Positions 59,298 to 64,000 of a stretch of 64,000 nt of DNA are shown in pieces. A program made the translations under genes and the position numbers. The notes beneath the pieces were generated by a model, which saw only the letters and a program-made list of their open reading frames with translations, ran no database searches and was not told where the DNA came from. This DNA is from Candidatus Altimarinota bacterium (GTDB taxonomy: Bacteria > Patescibacteriota > Gracilibacteria > JBDHUY01): positions 1 through 64,000 of the forward strand of contig JBDHUY010000002.1 in NCBI GenBank assembly GCA_039809385.1, given 5' to 3'. Each line of letters starts with the position of its first letter. Position 1 is the first letter of the stretch.

Positions 59298-60704
59298 TTA
59301 TTGCAACAGGCTGGTAATCGCTTGGACAATCAAGGTAGCGATAAGCGCCACCGAGAACCCGATGATCGTAAAAAGAAGTGTTTTTTTTGCTCGGGCGATT
59401 TTTATTTCGTCTCCCATGGCCAGCGCGAATTGCAACCCATCGACAATCACTGCCGGAATCAAGAGAAAACCGATCCAGGTCAGCAATGACCCGGCTAAAT
59501 TGTTACTGATTGCGGGAATGGACGTATCGGCATTGATTGGGGCTGCGCTGTGGTATTGGAAATTATCGCTGCTGTCGGGTAGTACCGTCAAGGGAAGGGG
59601 AGCGGAAGTCCCCTTCGAACTGTTCCTATTGGTATTGGCACTGGCAATCACATTGCTGTTCGTATTCTGTACGGGATTACTGTTATTTTGATTATCGGCA
59701 CAACTGCCGACCGCAGCGCTTACGGTCTTCGTTGTTTCTTTACCCGAGGCACTGTCTTTGACGGTCACCGTCGCAGTATAACTGCCAGGTGCGGAGTAGG
59801 TATGATTGGCCGTCTGACCAGTACCGTTTGTGCCGTCGCCAAAGTTCCAAGTATAGATCAGATTACAACTGCCGCTTATTTCAGCTATAGCCGAGAATGT
59901 ACGGGGAGTGGCGCGGCAGTCGTTGATCGATTGAACCTCGGCGGTCAGGCTGTCAAGCGAACACTCGACTCCTTTTACCAGCAAAGTCGTATAGCACGCG
60001 CTGACCGAAATACGATTATTTTTCCAGCAGTCCAGCACATAGGTATACGATCTGGCCGGCGTAAAAGGACCGAGCGTTTCGCTGCCATTGGCAGGTTTTG
60101 GATTCCCGTTGGGCCAAAACGGGGCACCGGTGCTGTCTGGAATTTCGCAACGGTCGGCATCCGAAATCCAGGAAATGGTACTGCCGCCTTTGTCCTCAAT
60201 TTGCCACGGTTCGAACGACATCGCGCACGTAACTCGCTCGGGGTTTGGCGAATCTGCCGCGAGATCTGCCGGAGAAAAATGAACATTCAGGAAATTTGCC
60301 AATGAGGCACTCTGATCAAAAGCCCCGAACGGCTTTATTTTACGAAGTTCGCGTAATGCAGCTTTGATTAGATCGTTGCTTTTGGCGTTTAACAAAATTC
60401 GATTACGTTCAAATGACGGACAATTATTCTGTGCGCATGAGATCAGATCCTGCAAAATACTGCGAGCGGCGCTATCGTTTAAAACCGCTTCGAGAGCCGT
60501 TTTAAATGCCTGGTTGGACGGTGCGGCCGGATCGAGACCCAAGCGTTGAAATATAATCTCAAGATATTGCTCATTACTTTGTCCGTATACATACGGAACC
60601 GCTTGCAGATTTTCAAAAGCAAACGAATGCAAAAGACCTATCCCGGGCAAAAGCAGACCGAGTAGTACGATGCGAACGAGGAGCTTTTTGCAAGATGCGG
60701 CCAT
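59298..60704 (-). CDS. PKD domain + C-terminal pilin-like hairpin
   Basis: YTWNFGDG...HTY..PG.YT.TVTV; GLQFALAMGDE.KIARAKK. Confidence 0.8.
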   Translation of the reverse strand: MAASCKKLLVRIVLLGLLLPGIGLLHSFAFENLQAVPYVYGQSNEQYLEIIFQRLGLDPAAPSNQAFKTALEAVLNDSAARSILQDLISCAQNNCPSFERNRILLNAKSNDLIKAALRELRKIKPFGAFDQSASLANFLNVHFSPADLAADSPNPERVTCAMSFEPWQIEDKGGSTISWISDADRCEIPDSTGAPFWPNGNPKPANGSETLGPFTPARSYTYVLDCWKNNRISVSACYTTLLVKGVECSLDSLTAEVQSINDCRATPRTFSAIAEISGSCNLIYTWNFGDGTNGTGQTANHTYSAPGSYTATVTVKDSASGKETTKTVSAAVGSCADNQNNSNPVQNTNSNVIASANTNRNSSKGTSAPLPLTVLPDSSDNFQYHSAAPINADTSIPAISNNLAGSLLTWIGFLLIPAVIVDGLQFALAMGDEIKIARAKKTLLFTIIGFSVALIATLIVQAITSLLQ

Positions 60705-60729
60705 ATTGAGAGTGTGTAAAAATCGTGAG

Positions 60730-61308
60730 TTATCCTTGAAAGAATCCGATAAACGTATTCATGATGACAAAAGCTCCGACCGAAACTCCCAGCCCCAGAA
60801 TAGAGTAGGTGAGTCCTTTTTTGGCTTTGTCGATCTTATCGCTGTCTCCGCGCGCGATCACATACTGATACGACGACATGATCAGCATGATCACTGCAAA
60901 ACCGCCAGCCATCGCCAGCAGAATATTGGTTGCATTCTTGATCGCATCCGGGAGCTGGGTAATCTTGACGACCTCGTTCTCTTTATCCAGATTTTCGGTT
61001 GTTTGCGAAATGAGACGCTGCAAGACTCCCGAAAACAAGACGATGGCGGTTGAAATGAGTGAACCGTTGACGATCTGTTTGGCCAGATCGACCCGGTCGT
61101 CGCTTCCGCCCGAAGCCATGTACATAAATCCTCCTACGACGATCATCATCACCGACAGCGCCAGAATCACGACGAAACCGAATCCCCATATTTTGGAGAT
61201 GAGTTCGCCAAAATCCTCAACCTGTCCCAGCTCGGTAGTTTCCTGAGCAAAGGCGAGGGAGGGGAAGCAGGCCAGAATCGCGATCATCGGAAGAAGCGCT
61301 TTTCGCAT
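60730..61308 (-). CDS. Tandem two-unit pilin-like protein
   Basis: GGFMYMASGG.DDRV..AK and YQYVIARGD.DKIDKAKK. Confidence 0.8.
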   Translation of the reverse strand: MRKALLPMIAILACFPSLAFAQETTELGQVEDFGELISKIWGFGFVVILALSVMMIVVGGFMYMASGGSDDRVDLAKQIVNGSLISTAIVLFSGVLQRLISQTTENLDKENEVVKITQLPDAIKNATNILLAMAGGFAVIMLIMSSYQYVIARGDSDKIDKAKKGLTYSILGLGVSVGAFVIMNTFIGFFQG

Positions 61309-61351
61309 GGAGGAGAGATTGAAGAATCAAGAATTGAGAATAAAGTTTCTT

Positions 61352-64000
61352 TTATTGCGAAGTATTTTCGACTGTTACTTGGCTGTTTTTACGCGCATTC
61401 GTCATTTTATCCGCAGGAGCCGTTGTCCCGGTATCGGGAGCGGGGACAGATTCATCGGTTAGTCGAGTATCGGGTGCTTTTTCGGCTGGGGATGGCGTGG
61501 TTGTTCCTGCTAAACGATCATCAGCGGGAGTCTCCTCTTGAGAAGGCATAGCATTCTCGGGAGAATTGTTATTGGTTTGAGCCACAGCCTCTATTTCTTG
61601 CGGTGTTCCGAAACTCTCAACTTTTGTAAACGTAAACTTTTCTTTGATTACATCGCAAAATACTTTGTCGTTGTTCACAAATCTGCTGCCTAAGATCAGA
61701 TCGGAGAGCGGCGTATCGATCATCTGCTGAATCACGCGTTTAAGAGGTCTCGCTCCGAATTGCGGATCATAGCCCAGGTCGGCCAATTTGGCCTTGGCAG
61801 CGTCGCTTAGCTGAAGCAGTATCTCGTTTTCTTTCAAATTTTGAACCGTTTCGCGCATCATCACGTCGACGATGCTCATGATGTCTTTTTTCTGCAGCGG
61901 TTCGAACACGATCAGCTCATCAAACCGATTGATCATTTCAGGCCGCAGAAACTGTTTCAGATCTTCGATCAAGTCTTTCTTAAGCGATTCTATGAAAGCT
62001 TTTTTACGCAAATCTTCTGCCGGTTCCGTAGCAGTACCTTGTTGCGCTTCCGTCGTTGAAGCACTTTGTTCGGAAGAGCTATTTTCAGCCGAAGCAAAGA
62101 GCATAAGATCGGTCTCTTTTTCTTCAATAACCGCAGGGAGGTTCAGGTTGCGAGTGAGAAGAGGGGAGTCTGGAGAGAATGTATCTGGTATCTGGTATTT
62201 AGTATCTGGGATATTCTGGTCAGAACCCGGAGTTGAGAGTTGGTTGCTGGCTGGTTGATTCTTCGTGCCTTCAAGTTCCACACCCCGCTCCGACGCTGCG
62301 GTCGGAGCACCCCTCTCGAGAGGGGATGCTTCAGGCTGTGAGCTGTTGGCTTCCTGCTGACCGCTGTTTGAAGCATAGAATTCCATCATTTTCTCCTGAA
62401 TCTTGGTAGACCCCACGTTGCTGGTACAAATGATGATCGTATTTTTGAAACTGGCGACCCGGCCTTTGCTGTCGGTCAGTCGACCGTCGTCGAACATTTG
62501 TAAAAACAGATTGAAGATGTCTTTGTGGGCTTTTTCGATCTCGTCGAACAGTACGACCGAAAAAGGGTGTTTGCGCACCGCTTCGGTAAGTTGTCCTCCC
62601 TCTTCGTAACCGACATATCCGGGCGGTGCTCCGACAAGCCGAAAGTAAGAGTGTTTCTCCATATATTCGCTCATGTCAAAACGGATCATGGCGTCCTCGG
62701 TTCCGAAAAGATATTCGGCCAGCGTCTTGGCTAGTTCGGTTTTTCCGACGCCGGTAGGGCCCATGAACAGAAACGTTCCGATCGGTTTGTTAGCCTTTTT
62801 CAAACCTGCTCGGCCACGCCGAATCGCCTGTGAAACCAGTTTTACTGCTTCATCTTGTCCGATCAAGCGCTTATGCAAGTAATCTTCCATCTTGAGCAAC
62901 CGCTCACTTTCGGATTCGCGGATATGCCGTAACGGAATTCCTGTCCATTTCGAGATAATTTCGCGTAACGTATCTTTTTGGATGGTATCGTGCTGTTTGG
63001 CCTTTTCTTGTTCGACTTCTTCTTTGGTCTCGTCCAGAACTTTTTGCTGCTGCTCTATCTGTCCGCTCAGTTTTTCGATCTCTTCGGTCAAGTTGTTGCG
63101 CTTGGCCGATTCCAGCTGTTTGTTGAGTAGTTCGATTTTTGCTTCCAGCGCTTGAATTTTACGCGGAGCCGAAAAAGAGGGGAGACGGGTGGCCGCGCCC
63201 GCTTCGTCGATCAGATCGATCGTTTTGTCGGGCTGAAAGCGGTCAGCGATATAACGACTGCTGAGTTTGATAGCTTCGACCAACACGTCGTCGGGAATCA
63301 TGACCCGATGATACGCTTCGTATTTGTCGCGCAGACCTTTGACGATCTCCAGCGTTTCGTCGAATCCTGGTTCGGGCACGACTACCGGCTGAAAACGACG
63401 TTCCAGGGCAGCGTCTTTTTCGATATATTTATGATATTCGTTTGTCGTGGTGGCTCCGATACACTGAATTTCGCCGCGTGCCAGCACGGGTTTTAAAATA
63501 TTGGCGGTATCGTTATTGCTATCTGATGAGATCAGTGTGTGAATTTCGTCGATAAATAGTATTACTTCGCCGTTGGTAGCTTTGGTCTCTTTGAGAATAT
63601 TTTGCAACCGTTCTTCGAATTCGCCGCGCTTACTCGCTCCGGCTAGCAAGGAATTAAACGACAATCCGACGATGCGTTTTCCTTTCAGAATATCGGGAAT
63701 ATCGCCGGTAACCATGCGATAGGCGAGACCTTCGACAATGGCGGTTTTTCCGACTCCGGCTTCGCCGACCAGTACGGGGTTGTTTTTGCGCCGGCGCGAC
63801 AGAATCTGTAAAACGCGTTCGATCTCGTCGCCGCGGCCGATTACGGGATCGAGCTTGCCTTCGCGGGCCCGGTTACTGAGGTCTTCGCCGAATTTGTCGA
63901 GCAGGGGGGTGGAAACCTGGATTGTGCCGACCTCCTCTTTGCCTTTCCCGACGATTTCCAGCACCGCGTTCACGGCATTTTCATACAAAACACCGAAGCG
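61352..64000 (-). CDS. ATP-dependent Clp chaperone ClpB/ClpC (5' end beyond the window)
   Basis: [42 protein letters not shown]. Confidence 0.95.
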   Translation of the reverse strand, partial: RFGVLYENAVNAVLEIVGKGKEEVGTIQVSTPLLDKFGEDLSNRAREGKLDPVIGRGDEIERVLQILSRRRKNNPVLVGEAGVGKTAIVEGLAYRMVTGDIPDILKGKRIVGLSFNSLLAGASKRGEFEERLQNILKETKATNGEVILFIDEIHTLISSDSNNDTANILKPVLARGEIQCIGATTTNEYHKYIEKDAALERRFQPVVVPEPGFDETLEIVKGLRDKYEAYHRVMIPDDVLVEAIKLSSRYIADRFQPDKTIDLIDEAGAATRLPSFSAPRKIQALEAKIELLNKQLESAKRNNLTEEIEKLSGQIEQQQKVLDETKEEVEQEKAKQHDTIQKDTLREIISKWTGIPLRHIRESESERLLKMEDYLHKRLIGQDEAVKLVSQAIRRGRAGLKKANKPIGTFLFMGPTGVGKTELAKTLAEYLFGTEDAMIRFDMSEYMEKHSYFRLVGAPPGYVGYEEGGQLTEAVRKHPFSVVLFDEIEKAHKDIFNLFLQMFDDGRLTDSKGRVASFKNTIIICTSNVGSTKIQEKMMEFYASNSGQQEANSSQPEASPLERGAPTAASERGVELEGTKNQPASNQLSTPGSDQNIPDTKYQIPDTFSPDSPLLTRNLNLPAVIEEKETDLMLFASAENSSSEQSASTTEAQQGTATEPAEDLRKKAFIESLKKDLIEDLKQFLRPEMINRFDELIVFEPLQKKDIMSIVDVMMRETVQNLKENEILLQLSDAAKAKLADLGYDPQFGARPLKRVIQQMIDTPLSDLILGSRFVNNDKVFCDVIKEKFTFTKVESFGTPQEIEAVAQTNNNSPENAMPSQEETPADDRLAGTTTPSPAEKAPDTRLTDESVPAPDTGTTAPADKMTNARKNSQVTVENTSQ

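Noticed and set aside
1-64000. Alternative genetic code 25 (UGA=Gly) as in Gracilibacteria sensu stricto
   Set aside because: Long conserved genes read through in code 11, and several genes end at TGA with ATGA coupling

Overview
Chromosomal 64 kb window from a small-genome bacterium, most likely Patescibacteria/CPR and probably Peregrinibacteria-like. This is inferred from the many VirB2/T4SS-pilin-like genes, SLH proteins, wHTH-NTase regulator and domain-inserted IleRS. Genetic code 11 fits, since TGA is used as a stop. It carries housekeeping genes (ftsA, ftsZ, truB, murJ, rlmN, rplS, rpmA, rpmF, rnc, nusB, uvrB, ileS, rlmD, trmH, hflX, partial clpB/C), cell-surface genes (SLH proteins, CsaB-like, WecA/TagO-like, GT4, GH73, M23), two pilin-like clusters and two type II TA pairs. 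Signals the ORF track misses: (1) an Ile T-box riboswitch with an actinobacterial-style ultrashort Stem I, separated from ileS by two genes; (2) a compact 6S RNA; (3) several families of short palindromic/heptameric repeats that stack between genes, nest in each other and sit in frame inside IleRS, ClpB and RlmD; (4) a hydrolase-dead long RSH in an operon with an EgtD-like methyltransferase, facing an intact stand-alone HD alarmone hydrolase; (5) a histidine phosphatase domain with intact catalytic motifs inside IleRS; (6) a structured boxA-like leader with a small basic ORF. All calls are from motif reading by eye; no database searches were run.
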